Source of the DNA: Podarcis erhardii
Taxonomy: Eukaryota
Direction: 5' to 3' (one strand)
Assembly: GCA_964252035.1 (NCBI GenBank)
Contig: OZ176209.1
Length of the DNA: 64,000 nucleotides
A model generated the notes under the pieces. It saw only the letters and a list, made by a program, of their open reading frames with translations. It had not been told where the DNA came from and did no database searches. A program made the position numbers and the translations under genes. Positions 10,276-39,200 of the stretch are shown piece after piece; positions within the stretch are counted from its first letter, which is position 1, and each line of letters opens with the position of its first letter.

Positions 10276-13200
10276 CTGTAGCAGTTAAAGGTGGGTAGGG
10301 GAAAAAGAAAGCACAGTTCAAATGCAATCTTTTTGTTGAGTGTAATTTTTGGTATGCACCTACATTCTACCATTTGAATAGCTTTAAGAACTTGCAGGTC
10401 AGCCATGATTTGATCTTATTGGTTTTCTTCAGCTGGAACTGCAGAGATCTTAGAACTTTTTTAAAAAAACTCTTACGGTTCAAAAGACAGTAACACCCTT
10501 TAACAAACTTCGTTTCAAAAGTCTATGAAGAAAATCACCTTCTGGTGAGCCTTGAGCCTTACTATGAATTAAGTATTAAATAAACTAAAAAGAGAAAAAA
10601 CAAGTGTGTGTGTGTATGGTTCTGGCTGCACCTGCCAGTCGAATGCAGCCCCCAAAAACTTTCCACCAGGTTAATGTTGCCCTTGCCCTGAAAATGGGTT
10701 CCTATTACTAAGTAACGTCAAATGCCTACTTTTCAATCTGAGCTAATTCTGTTGCAAAAAAGTGAAGGATAAGGACAAAGTCTAGGCTTTTGTTTTCATT
10801 CTTCACCATTGTTGGTACACTTTACTCCCTTCATCTCTGGGAGATTAAAACCAATCTACACTACGGATTATGCACTTCAATTTACAATATGTTCAGAGGA
10901 TGGGCACCTAGGTTACACTGGCTAGGATGGAAGAAAACCTACCTGAGCTCACTTTCACCTCCAATGGATTCAGGTACCTTGAGTTTAGAGTCAAGGTTAT
11001 AGTAGATACCTCCCACTTCCCGGACACAGATCCAATGTTGCCGTTTAAGAGGAAGTTTCAATGGACCCCAGCAAAGGCTTGATGGCAGATTCATAATGAA
11101 GCCCATCACATTGGAGAGGGCAATTACACTGACATCCCTGAACAGAGAATAATAGAAGAAAGAAACTGTTAGGCTCTTACAGTTATTTATAAACCCAAAT
11201 AGGAAGAAGCCAGTTCCAATGATGGCAAGTCTCTCTTGACAGTCTGGTTCTCTTTACCTGCGCTTATCCCACCAAACTGCTTCATAACCTTTGGTCTGAA
11301 GAGCTGCCATGATGACGTTCACATCATAGTTCCCGTTTCCCAGCATGCTTTTCTTGTGGGGTGTCACCATGGTGTTGGGAGACAACCTGAACATGAAAAC
11401 ACATTGTAGAAACATGAAGATAGCATTGGTCCCAAGTGGATGATGAAGCAAGGCTGACCATTTGGGGAAAGATAGCTGAAGATGGACAAAAAGGTTAATA
11501 AATTAAGTCCACTACTCTGTCTGTACATTTGTAGGAAGAGATAGGTGCTGGGATGGACAGAGAGTGGGGAAGTCCATTAAGTGTTCTCAAAGTAAACCTA
11601 TTGTTTTTCTGTCACCGGATTTATATCCCTCAAAAAAGAAAATGAAAGTCATTGCTAACATATAGAAGATTACAACGAACCATTATAGAACCTACAATAA
11701 AAGACAGCAAAGTTTCAAAGAGTGAGAAGAATAAACTTTCACAACACTAAACCTGACTGGGCCCTGATAGAGACTTCATCCAAAACAGAAGAATTACAGT
11801 ACAATGATTTCTACACTTTTGAAAAACTGGTAAAATTCTTGATTTTACAGTGACAGATACCTCTCTGTGTTGAAACAGCATGACACTCCTGTAAGATTCA
11901 AACATCAACTATTGTCTGAACAAAGCCAAATAGGTCATGCTGGTTTCAATCACATGAACAAGCTATGTGTGGTATCCCCAACAAGCTCAATCTGTAATTA
12001 TGACTGGCATCTGGAAATGAGCAATCCTCAGACATTTACCATGAAATGATCTCTCCACAGCCAAATGACATTTGTTCATCCATAATTGCTCTGGAGGAAC
12101 GAATGGCACCTTGTCCTTTCCCCTAAAGGTTAACAACAGACAGTGCCACTTTTTAAATAGGCAAGGAAGATCTGCTTTGATCCATTTCACATGCTCATGG
12201 TAACCAATACAACAGTCTATGATCTAAGACGGTAAAGAAAGCAGGCAAAGCTGTATAAAACAAATTAGGACTGCATAGGGCCACTTTGCTCTGGTGTGTG
12301 ATAGGCAAGTTTTGTGGGTTCGTTAATTACAGCCATAATCCTTCAACAATTACATTTGTAAAGACCTAAGACACGGAATCCTTCGTCAGGAACCTAGACG
12401 TTAAGAACTTTTCTAAATGTTCCTGAACATTTACACAAACTTCACTTTTCAGTTCCAATAAGTTCAAGATAGAAACTCAAGGGAATCCACTTAAATGTAC
12501 CATGTCTTAAATTAAGCCTCCCAAGAGTCTCAAGGAATATGGAGAACTCCCAGAAGAACAAGAAAACACTACATAAACAACACAGGAACTATTGCCTTGA
12601 CTATATTACCTATTTTAATTTTCAACAAAAACTTCAGACTACCAGCTTTAAAATATATGCATGATCCTAGGCATTTTTACTCAAAAGAGTAAGCCCCTCC
12701 GTTATATTTACTCATTATTAAGGGTGCACAAGATTATCCATAAAGAGAGATTGGGAGAATTCTCAAAACATTTGTAGTAAATAAAGGATCAAGCATACAC
12801 CCAAGGACTACCACCTATTTTTTCAGTTCCAAGCACTGTTTTCAAGCTACGGTAGTTACTAACACACATGATACAATAATGGGACCATATCAGCTACTGT
12901 TTAGTTGGATAACAAAAGAGGAAGCATGGAGAGCCTGATGTGTAAATCAAAGGAGCAGAAGCAACTTGGGTAGTTGAATGGTATGCTGCAAGGAAGAGTT
13001 AAGAGCAGGAGGACTTGCAGAAGACACTGGTTCCCAGAGAGCAGACAGAGAGATATGATGAAAGACTGGCAGATGTAGCCTGAGGGATGATGGTCCACCA
13101 TACCCAGGACAGCAAGAATTGTATTTAACATCAGGAAATAAGTGTTCTCATGAGATCCCCTGGCTACATTTTGCCCGTGTGTCTTCTTTTAAATTACACA

Positions 13201-13694
13201 TCAAAAAAACCTATGCAAAGCGCAGCTCTAAGAGGATTTTGTTTCTGCTTCAAAAGCTGGTACCGAGAGGCAGAACCCTGGACAAAAAGGCAAACTGTAT
13301 TAGTGGTCTCCTTAGTAAAATGTGTGGCAATTGATGAAACAAGAAACCATTCAGAATCAGTGTCAAAATTCTGGAAACTCTTCTTTTCCTCACCCAACCC
13401 ACAAAGAGTTTCTGAGGCACTAAATACAACTAAAGAAGTGAATGCGTGTACAGAAAACAAAACACCCCCCCCCCCTTAACATAATGCTGGCAAACCAAGT
13501 TCTTCTTACCTTTGAAAAATCTCCTGTAATGTGTCTCGGGTAAAGGCATTGCCGTCCTGGAAGACATTATTGAGGGCATGGAGAGCACATAACTCCTTGC
13601 GCTGTTTTTCATGATAAATACGCACTGGCATCGGCTGTGGTGTTTCAGATGATTCCGATTTTATTTTGTCACCTTTCCATGGCACACAACTCAT
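10176..13694 (-). CDS. JOSD1: Josephin-1 deubiquitinase, complement(join(10176..10275,10943..11137,11258..11386,13510..13694)), 202 aa
   Basis: [10 protein letters not shown]...[20 protein letters not shown]...[24 protein letters not shown]...[19 protein letters not shown]...[32 protein letters not shown]; Josephin catalytic motifs (ELCALH, HW, NLDS); 609 nt, GT-AG introns. Confidence 0.97.
10943..11137 (-). CDS. JOSD1: JOSD1 coding exon 3
   Basis: ttcag|GGATGTC...CTCAG|gtaggt; [38 protein letters not shown]. Confidence 0.95.
11258..11386 (-). CDS. JOSD1: JOSD1 coding exon 2
   Basis: ttcag|GTTGTCT...CGCAG|gtaaag. Confidence 0.95.
13510..13694 (-). CDS. JOSD1: JOSD1 coding exon 1
   Basis: ATG at 13694, donor CAAAG|gtaaga. 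Confidence 0.95.
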
Positions 13695-14499
13695 TTTTTT
13701 TGTAGTGTAGGACGTGAAGATAGGAGATGACAAAGTTTATGAAGTTTCTCCCCACCACACAAAAAGCAGAGCAAGCAGCCTTTCGTTTCTAGACAACTCC
13801 AGCCCACACAAGTGGAACACCTGCTGTTACTTTAATAGTTGTATTCACTGGATGGCTGCAGAAATAACTTAAAGATTTTAATCATTTTTCTCCCACCCTC
13901 CCACCTCCTTTAGCCTGCAAGGAACCGTCCTTAGTATATTTGCATCTTTTTCTCGGCCTCCCCTTGAAAAATGTTTTATATGGCCTTAACATCAGAGTGT
14001 CAGATAGAATGTATCACATCGCTCTTTTTCCTCCATTTCCTTTGGTCAATGATGCCTCCAAGACAAAGATCCACAGCCTAACTCTTAAAATATGCTCAGT
14101 CTAACAACAATAACAAAAAAGCGGTGGGGGAAGACAAATATCATGTAATTAAGCAAGGCCAAGTTGGTGCTGTCCAGAAGGAATACAGGGCCCCCAGAGA
14201 GGCATCAACTGCATTTTTGCAATCTTGTCAGAGAGGCTGCGTCCCCAAAACACAGATGCAGAGAGACAGGGAAACAGACTGTTTCTTCCAGGTGGGGGTC
14301 CTCCAACTTTGCCAGGTACAAAATTCCTTGCCCAAGGCTTCTTGTGTTCCTGATGGGAGAAAAGAAGAGATCCAATGAAGCACAGAACTATCACTGCCCG
14401 GTTACCGACTTTTTAAAACAGCACCCAGAAAAGGGTTTCCAGAACTGCTCTGCATAAACAAAACAAAAAAGCCACGAAGGTGCAAGGAAGGCCTGCCTT

Positions 14500-15600
14500 A
14501 TGAGATCCGGGGTTCCCCACATCCGGAAAGAAGGGTCTTCCTTTGCCTCACAAGCACCCCCAGCCCTCCTCGGCGTCGCGGAGGGTGCCAAGATCCCGCC
14601 GTTAAGTGCGGGCAGGAGAAGCGCGTGCAGGAACTGCGGGGGGGGGGGGCGGAGAGTAGGGAACGGGAGTTTGTGCTTGCAATCACAGCAATTCTGGCCT
14701 GTCCTGGGGAACCGCAGTCATGCAGTCAGCAGGCCCCTGTGCCCGCTCGCGGGGGGGGGGGGCAGCTCCTTCTCTGGATTGTGGGGCGCGGAGAGGGGGG
14801 GGAGGCGTTGAACTCGCCAACTCGGGAGAAGAGGGAACCGGAGAGTCTTTTGAGGGGGTCGAGGAAGAGAGACTGTCCAGGGTGACGTGTGGGAGAAAAG
14901 AGCTCTACTCGGGTGGGGGGCAACCCCACAGGCCCTCCCGCATTCTTGGTTTTTTTTGGGGGGGGGACACACACGGAACGCCTCTCTCCCTTCGCGACCC
15001 CTCGCCCCGTCCCCCCGTCACGCTGCTACTCACCCGTTAGCGGCCCCAACCTGCTGAAGCCCAACAACCACCCAGGAGCCAGCGCATGCGCAACCATAAC
15101 AGAGTCCTTCCCCGTCGCGCGCGCGCGCGTGTGTGAGCGCGCTGAGCCCGCCCCCGGCGCGGGCCTATGGAGCAGGGTTCCGCGTGACGTCAGAGAAGGC
15201 GGTCCTCGCTCTCTCTCCCTCCTCCCTTTCAGACGGCGCCGGAGACGTTGCCTTTGCAATCTCTTCTGAAATCTTAACCCTCGGCTGCGCGTGCGGCTTG
15301 AGCTGTGCCTTATTATAGGCAGTGCGGAGTTGTGGGGCTGAGGATTGGGTGTGACGAGCCGGGAGGAGGACCGCGTGTTGACAATCCCTCCTCATGCCTA
15401 TGAAGCCCGGCGCGGACGGAATTCTCTGCCAGGCGTCCTCTGAGCCCCGACCCACTTCACAGGGGTGTTGTTAAGGACATAAAAGGCGGGTGTAGGCATT
15501 CCTAAGCCGCGTGGCGGATGGGATAAAAATATAATTAAGGATATGCATGCCTTTGAGTCAGAGAGTCATGGTTTTAACGCGCCTCGCCTCACCCGCTCCG
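14500..15600 (-). promoter_or_regulatory. CpG island / JOSD1 promoter with candidate non-coding first exon ending at 15034
   Basis: CpG-rich; perfect CRE TGACGTCA 15185-15192; NRF1-type GCGCATGCGC 15082-15091; minus-strand donor AACGG|gtgagt at 15034/15033. Confidence 0.7.
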
Positions 15601-18238
15601 TTTGGGTGCCTGGCATTGGTAAACATTTCAATCGGTGCATACATCGTATACTGAATAATTCGTAAACATGGCTGTTCTTAAACCGAGGTACCACTGTATT
15701 TCAGGCAGCTTGCATGCATGACAGCCGCTGCCCGTTTGTGCTGGAGCAGCAAAGATCCTCCTCTACCCGACTGCAGTGTACCTGGGCTACCAGCCAAAGC
15801 TGGTAGAAGGCACTCTGTGCCACACTGAGGCTCCTTGTGCCAAATGACTGGATTGAATCCAAGTGTACCCAACAGCAACACTTGTTTCTTCAAGCGACAC
15901 ATCAAGGGAAGTGTAACCTCATCCAGAGAGACGAACCACCCAATAACGGGGTCACAGTGTTACGCTGACTGAGCTTCAGTTTGTTGGCTCTCACCCAGTC
16001 CATTACGGAAACCAGGCACTGATCCAGCACATCCACCTCACACCTGCTTTAGCTGTAACAAAGAATTCAAGTTGCATGTTGTCAACATACTGATGGCAGC
16101 ACAGTCTGAGACTCCAGATCATTCCACTATAATGTTAAACAGCATATAAAATGACAAGGCTATCTGTTGCCTGGCCAATATCTTTCCACTTCCATCTGTC
16201 AGTCACATCTGTCCTTACCAATTCAAAATGGGAACAAATTCAACAGCTAACATAGGCAATTCAATCATCATTCCACAGGATAACTCATCAACCAAATTAA
16301 TATTATACAAGAGGCAGAGTATAGGTAGGCTAAAAGCTGATAAATTCAGCCATTCCAAATGTCATGAAAATCCAAGTCTTCATCAATACTTTTAATATTT
16401 TCTGAGGTTTTTTTCACCCATGAAAATAAGTGGCCCTCAGCTCCCTATAGCTTTATATTGTGTGTACTGTATAAATGAATGGGGATTTCCTCTATTTACT
16501 TCTCTCACACTGAGATTTAAAAGTCTGGGTCTGGGTCAGTCCTTAGACAATGCTTATAACACAAGTCTGAAACATAATAATTCTCAACTGTTGTAATCTT
16601 ATGCAACTGAGCAGTCACCACTTTGACCTGTGATTTATTGTATTTCCTCATGTCATCAGTGAGAAGAAAAACCCTAGTATTCACAATATCACTAATTTTA
16701 CCTTGCTCTTTTTATTAGGAACTGGCCACTAATTGTCAGATTTTGACAACGCCCATACTGACTGGATTGAATTTCATTACTGAGTGCTGAATAGTACAGT
16801 AACACACAGCTCTCTTGCAGTGCTTGAAATATTGTGACTCCACGCTACAAAGATACAGCATTTTCCTCTCTTCCTTATGTATTCCAGATGTATACATGTC
16901 TACATAGTATGTGATTTTTTTTGTGGAAGAATTTTGTATTTTGAGAAGATAAGTGATTCTTCCACCTTGGTTATTGGCACATCCTACAGGCCCAGGAAAG
17001 CTTATGCTACAAAACATGTTAATCTTTAAAATACCAAAAAGCTTTCTTACTTTTCCTAAAGGTGCAGACTAGATGGAACACCAATATAAAGTATTTGTCT
17101 ATCTAAAGAAACTTAAAATAACTAGATAAAAAACCCCTCAAAAGAAATTTAGTCATGTATTTTAAATGATTTTTAAATTTGAACTTTAGATTGTCCTAAC
17201 CTAGCCTGGGACCTGCTGGTGAAGAACAGGTAATAACAATAGCAGTAGCATTATTATTATTGCTTGTCTTCTGGCTTCTCAAAACACTGAAGCCTGCGGG
17301 GGCCGTTCAATTTATTCCTAATGGATAAGAAATGCGAAACCAGGAACACCAGTGCCAAAACAAAAGCGCTTGGGCTGAGTGAGGCTTCACCGATTTACAC
17401 GAAGGCTTTGAGCATTTGGAGATTAGTTCAGACACGTTTCAGTGCCACCTCCTCGCTCTCAAAATGAGGCTGAAAAACAAGGAAATAAAACGTTATTGGC
17501 CTTGGGCGAAAGTCACGGAACGCAAGTATGACTGCTCGATTGCATAAGATTATCACCGCTCAAAGCGATTTATTTCAACCCCGTTTCATCAGCTTTTGCC
17601 AGGGATTATCCCGGGCGAGACAATCTGTCTCAGAGACAGAAGTAAATAGAGGCAATCCCCCATTCAATCACAAAATGGGTTGGGGTATTTGATTGGCTTT
17701 GGCATATGTACACTCCTTCTTATTGGCCGCCACGATAAAATCCCCGCCTTCTTTTCTCACCTACTCACCTCGGCCATAATCTTGTTCTCTGATTGGCGGA
17801 GGCTGCACTCCCGCCTATTACTTAAATGTTTGCCACGATTGGCGAGGAACTTTGTTTATCATGCATTCTTCCCTCCCATTGGCCGCGAGCAGATAGAAAT
17901 ATAACACCGCCCCGCTCCCACCCAGAGTTTCCAGAATAGAGATAAATAAAAATCCCAGTAGCGCTGCTGCCGCTGCTTTTATTTTCTGAACCGGAGGAAC
18001 TTCAAAAAGGGTCTTCGAAGGAGACATGGCTCATCCATATTAATAAGCTGCGGGTTGTCATAACAATACAGCAATTACTGTACTAACAGCGCGGCTCCCC
18101 GATTGGTCAGCAGGGTACTAAATTATTAAGCAGGCCCGTTCGGGGGGCGGAGCTCGCGGGCTCCTCCGGCTCGGTCGACGCGAGGGGTGGGCGGGGCCTA
18201 TGCTAATGAGGCCGGAGAAGGAGGCCGGGGCTGCCAAG

Positions 18239-34327
<16,089 letters not shown>

Positions 34328-34933
34328 ACATCGTTTTTAATCACTGCGGAATTCGCACCCTCCCCTTCTTCAACCCAAAAACCCGGAGCAGCCTAACCAA
34401 AATCCATCCCAGCTGATCTGCTACTGTGGAACTTCTCCTCCTCCTCCTCGCCTCCTGGAGAGGAGCCACCGGGGGGATGCAGGGTTTACAGTTTAAGCTA
34501 ACGAAGGTGACAAAAGCACACGTGGGACTGACCAGCTGCCGCCTTCTCCCTTTTTACTCCCCCCCCCCGCCCAAACATTTTGTACATCGTGAGCTCTTAG
34601 TCATGATTTTTTATTAGTTTTTATTATGGTGGATGTTTGTGTGTGGTATGCGTGCAGATGAAGAATTGGGAGGATCTAGGTATACAGAGTAAGGTAACTC
34701 CCTCCTCTTCTCTTCCCCACCCTGTCATATATATATTTTTGAAACTGACCCTGTGTCTGTGGTCTGCAATCAAGAATTCCTGAAATCCCATGCATACAAG
34801 TATGAATATGCTAGTTGGTTCGGAAGAGGTAGGAATCCCCCCCCCCCTTTCACACCAGTCAAACTGTGTGAGCCCTGGGCGGCCTCCTTTCGTTTAAAGT
34901 ACCAATGCCTGAAATTGGTAATCGACATGAAGG

Positions 34934-34934
<1 letters not shown>

Positions 34935-34973
<39 letters not shown>
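34935..34973. repeat. (CA)n microsatellite in the GTPBP1 3' UTR region
   Basis: Directly visible. Confidence 0.95.
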
Positions 34974-34976
<3 letters not shown>

Positions 34977-36235
34977 CAGCAGCATTCCAAAAGCTGGATT
35001 GATATGAGATCCTAGATCTCATAATTATGCACTTGTAAGCTTACTTTAAAAGCGAGACTTGTGGGAGGAGGTGGAGCAGGCCACAAAAGCACTGGTGGCT
35101 TTGAAATTGTTGGTGTAAGGTCAACAAATTGATTTCACACAATCCTTTTTGGGCCTTGTGTTCAAAACCTACTATTTTTCTTGCAGTCAGTCATGGGTGC
35201 CTGCATATTCTGAATCCTGCCATATCTGCTTTTCTAACCAGCTACATCAGATTGGGGAAAGGGAGAGACACTGCAAGTTGGCTTCTTGTGACTTACCCAT
35301 TTCTTCCCAGTGGTACCCAAGTGTATCTTTAAAGGCAGTGTTTCCTTCACCTCTTCAAGAACTGACACTGACAGTGGGCGACTTCTCCCTGCATATTTGT
35401 GTAATGCAAGAATTAATTTCTCCTCATTAGGGAAATGGGTGTTGCTGCCTGTAAGTGGGCGTGGGCATGGGCCTCTTAGTGTCTAGAAGCCAGCTTGCAC
35501 CCCCCATTTCAGCCTCCTCAGAATCGTAACTGTCATGGGTTTAGATACACTCACTGTATAAAAGAAGGAAGAGGTTTACTGGAGCCAGCTCTGAGCTGTA
35601 CTTTTAAATTTGGACACATGTTCAAGATTTTATAACTTTGATACACATTTGCTGCTTCTTTTTGAGGCACTTATTCTGAATTGACTTTTAACTGGCATCA
35701 TGTTTTTGTTTAAAAACAAAAACCAGGTTTGTAGTTCACTGGTTTGTAGCTTTTAAAGTCTCTCCCCATGTCTCTCATATTGCTGTCTGCAACATCATCC
35801 TAACATTTTTGAATGGCTGGAGTTTCCCAGAAGCTAAGAGTCAACACTGATGAGTAGGTAGGCATGGTTTATGGTCTACTTTCTTGCCTGAAACTTTGTG
35901 GGCAGCATCCTAAGCAGTGACAGTATTAATAGCACCCTTGGGGAGAGAATGGAGCGTGCTGTGGCTAAAGGAAGACAGCAGCCTGTATCACTTGGTGCCT
36001 TGGGCGCCCGGTAGCGACATCGGCCTCATGGCCTTCTATTTCCAAGGGAAGTGGAGACCTTGGTGTGGTGTCCTTTTGATTTTTTCTTCTCCTTTCATTC
36101 CTTAGTTCTGAAAGAGGAATGTGCAGTGCTGAAGTTTTCATTATAAAAAAAAAAAAGCCACATGGTGCTGTGTTCTGTTTTGTGACCAGCATTTAAAGAC
36201 TACTGAGGCTGGCATGATGTAATAATAATAATAAT

Positions 36236-36273
36236 AATAAAAAGAAAGGTTTGTTTAAAGTTTTAAAATTAAA
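36236..36273 (+). terminator. Candidate GTPBP1 polyadenylation signals AATAAA (36236) and ATTAAA (36268)
   Basis: Hexamers followed by GU-rich GGCTTTGTTGTTTGTC. Confidence 0.5.
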
Positions 36274-39200
36274 TGGCTTTGTTGTTTGTCAGTTCTTCCA
36301 ACTGTAGAGGGAATGAAGCAGTGTCTGCGTTGGTACCTCTGAATCTGCATGTGTCAGAGGGGAGGCTTAGATGTTTTCAAGCAGGCATCATGCAAAGCTG
36401 AAGCTACTCCTTGAGATCAGGGTTGGCTGCTCTCCGGGGCTAGGAACACACCTTGGTTTTTGTGACTAGTCAGGGGTGTTAGTAGTGCTGACCACAAGAG
36501 AAGGGTCATTTTGCTCACTGTATGCAAAATGAGCCCCTACTTTCATTTCATTTTGTTTTTTTGCTATTGACAAGAGTACAAAACTTTAAGGAGGGAGGTA
36601 GTTTATCAGGAAGACCACAATGGGCCACAGTGTAATATTCAGGTGAACAGCATCCATATATTCCAGTGCCCATGAACTTTGTACCCTCTGGTGTTGGCAA
36701 TAGGTATTTTACATTTTCCCCTCATTTTTTCTCCAAGCAGCTCAAGGTTGAGGAGCAGTGTACACTATGACACTATGAAGTAGGTGAGGTGCAGAGACCA
36801 AAGGTCACTCGGTAAGCTTTATATGGCAGTGTGGGGGTTTGAACCAGTGTCTTCCCCAGTCCTAGTCTTTATCTGACATTCTAACCACTGCATTTCAATC
36901 ATGCTAGCTCTTGTCTGCTGAATTCCTGCTATTCGTGCAGCTGTTAAAGGCAAAGGAATAAAAGTTGGCAACTGGGCAGTATACCAGTGAACTTCAGCAC
37001 CTAAGCAGAAGCCGAAAGTCAAAAGGTATTGCCAAACTTTTAACAGGAGGAAAGGACTTCTCTTTTAATAGTGACACATGGGGGAACGTCATTAGTTGTA
37101 GCATCCTCCCTCCTTGTGAGAAGGTGCATCTGCTGGAGAAATGCTGCTGGTCTGTTAAGCCCATCAAACACATGGAAAATGATTAAGTATTGCCAAACCT
37201 TGGTGGTGATCTTTCAGATGATAGGAATTGGAGAGAATGAACTTAACATTTAGTAAATATGTTGGAATGGTAGGTTTCAATTTTTTACACTTCTGTTTTC
37301 AGTACTTGTATCCTGCTCTTATAAGTGGAGCGGTTTTCAGAGTGGCTTAAATTGTACTTTAAACTTAAGTAGCAAAATATATTGAATGGTGGTTTGCAAG
37401 GACCAGGAGGCAATGCATTTGGAACTCAGCTGTCCCACTTGCTTATTTATGGCATTTTTATAGTGTTTAAATTACCAAAGTCTCCCAAGTTAGTGGTTTG
37501 CAGTAGTTGTAAAATACAACTGTGCTGGAAAGGGGCTAGAACCTGCAAACATCTCTGCAGTCATGAACCCTGTTCTGTTTCCCATCTAGGCACAGATAAG
37601 AGCCAGGCTTTTGTTCGGTTCATCAAAATTGCTGCAATTAAAAATAAGGGCATTGGCTGAATTTTACAAGAGCATTTGTATCCACTCTTCAGTCAAAAAG
37701 GCTCCCAGAGCAGCTTACATACAATCAATGGAAACAGGACAGTTTCTGCCTGCAGGCTTATAAACAATACACAAGGGGGGGGGATTTCTCCTTGCCCACC
37801 CACCTTTTCCCCCTCTCCTAATTGGCTTTATAATGTTGAGTTTGAATGTGTGTGTCCTGCACTGACTGAGGGCTCATCCACACTTCTGTACCTCCTGTCA
37901 GAGGTTTTTCTTCAGTCCCACTGCTTTCCCTGGGAAAACCTGCTGTGTATCACTGAATTGGAACAAATGTCAATCAAGTTTTCTGCAGATTACTGCTGAA
38001 TTGGAACAAGCATCAAACAGTGGGTTTTCCCGGGGAAAGCAGTGGACTAAAGAAAAACCTCAGGCAGAAGGAACAGAAATGTGGACGACAGTGACAACAG
38101 CTCCAATGCAACTTATTTACAGCATAGTCTCTTCTCGCTAATGCTTCTAGCCTTCACCCTGGCCAAAAAGTGTCCCCTCTTCACCAATGGTCAGCTTCAC
38201 CCTTTTTAAAAAAATTGTTTATTGTCTTGAGTTTCTTTTGCATAGGCATAAATTACAATCCAGAGATAGAAAATAAGGAACGGAACAGTGCAGCATTTGC
38301 AACAGGCTACATACAGTCTTAGATACAAATCCAAGCACACTTTGTACATAACTGTTTTCATAGGAGAAGCATTATTATTAATACAGCACCATCCGTGTGC
38401 ATGGTGCTTTACAGAGTACAACAGGCCAGGTCAAAAGTAAAGGGAGCGGGCAAAGAAGTCATGCTTTAGAAGGTGCCTCCTACTTGCTCTCGCCTTGCAA
38501 ATGCCATCTGAGCACCTTGCTACTGGTCAGGGAGCTGACACAAGCATGAAATGCCTACAGTTTCATGAAGCCATTATGTGCATGACTCACCAGCATTCTT
38601 CAACTGTTGACTCTTTGCTTGATGTGGCTTTGAGCAGACCCTAGGACCAGGAAAGCTTTATGCTTTTCCAAATGCATTCATTCATAAGCTCACTGAATGT
38701 TCATTTGGTCACTCTAGATTTTTAATCACTTTGTTGCACTTAGGGTCTGTTAAACACATCTTTTCTTTCCATGCAACTACTAGAGCAGAGAAGCCTATCC
38801 ACATAAATTATTGTATGGAGCCCAACTGCGGGAAACTACCCCACAATGATCAACATGGGATTTATACACCCCTACACAGACTTCTCTCCATTTTCTCCCA
38901 AGTACAACCTAGCCATCAACCTCTTTTATGAGGAGTAGAGAACAGGTAAAAATCAGTGCTTATTACACCCCCCATCTTTTGGAGAGTACAAAGACAAGAG
39001 TAAGACCTATATTTTCTTTTGCCTACAAAAAACACACAAGTTTTTATTAGAAATCCCCCCCCCCCAACACCATAAGTTGACCTAGTGCTTTGTAGAAGCA
39101 CAACAGGTTGCCTACCAAGCATGGTGAGTTGAAGCAAGCCTCAAAATTGCCTAATTTCAAAATCAGTTGGGGTCCTTCAGGTTACCTCGCCCAACATTGC

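Noticed and set aside
14500-15455. Many overlapping 80-126 aa ORFs on both strands
   Set aside because: Expected in a CpG island; low-complexity Pro/Gly/Arg, several with non-ATG starts.
15660-15698. Tigger-like right end GAGGTACCACTG|TA
   Set aside because: No matching left TIR found nearby; a truncated remnant only.
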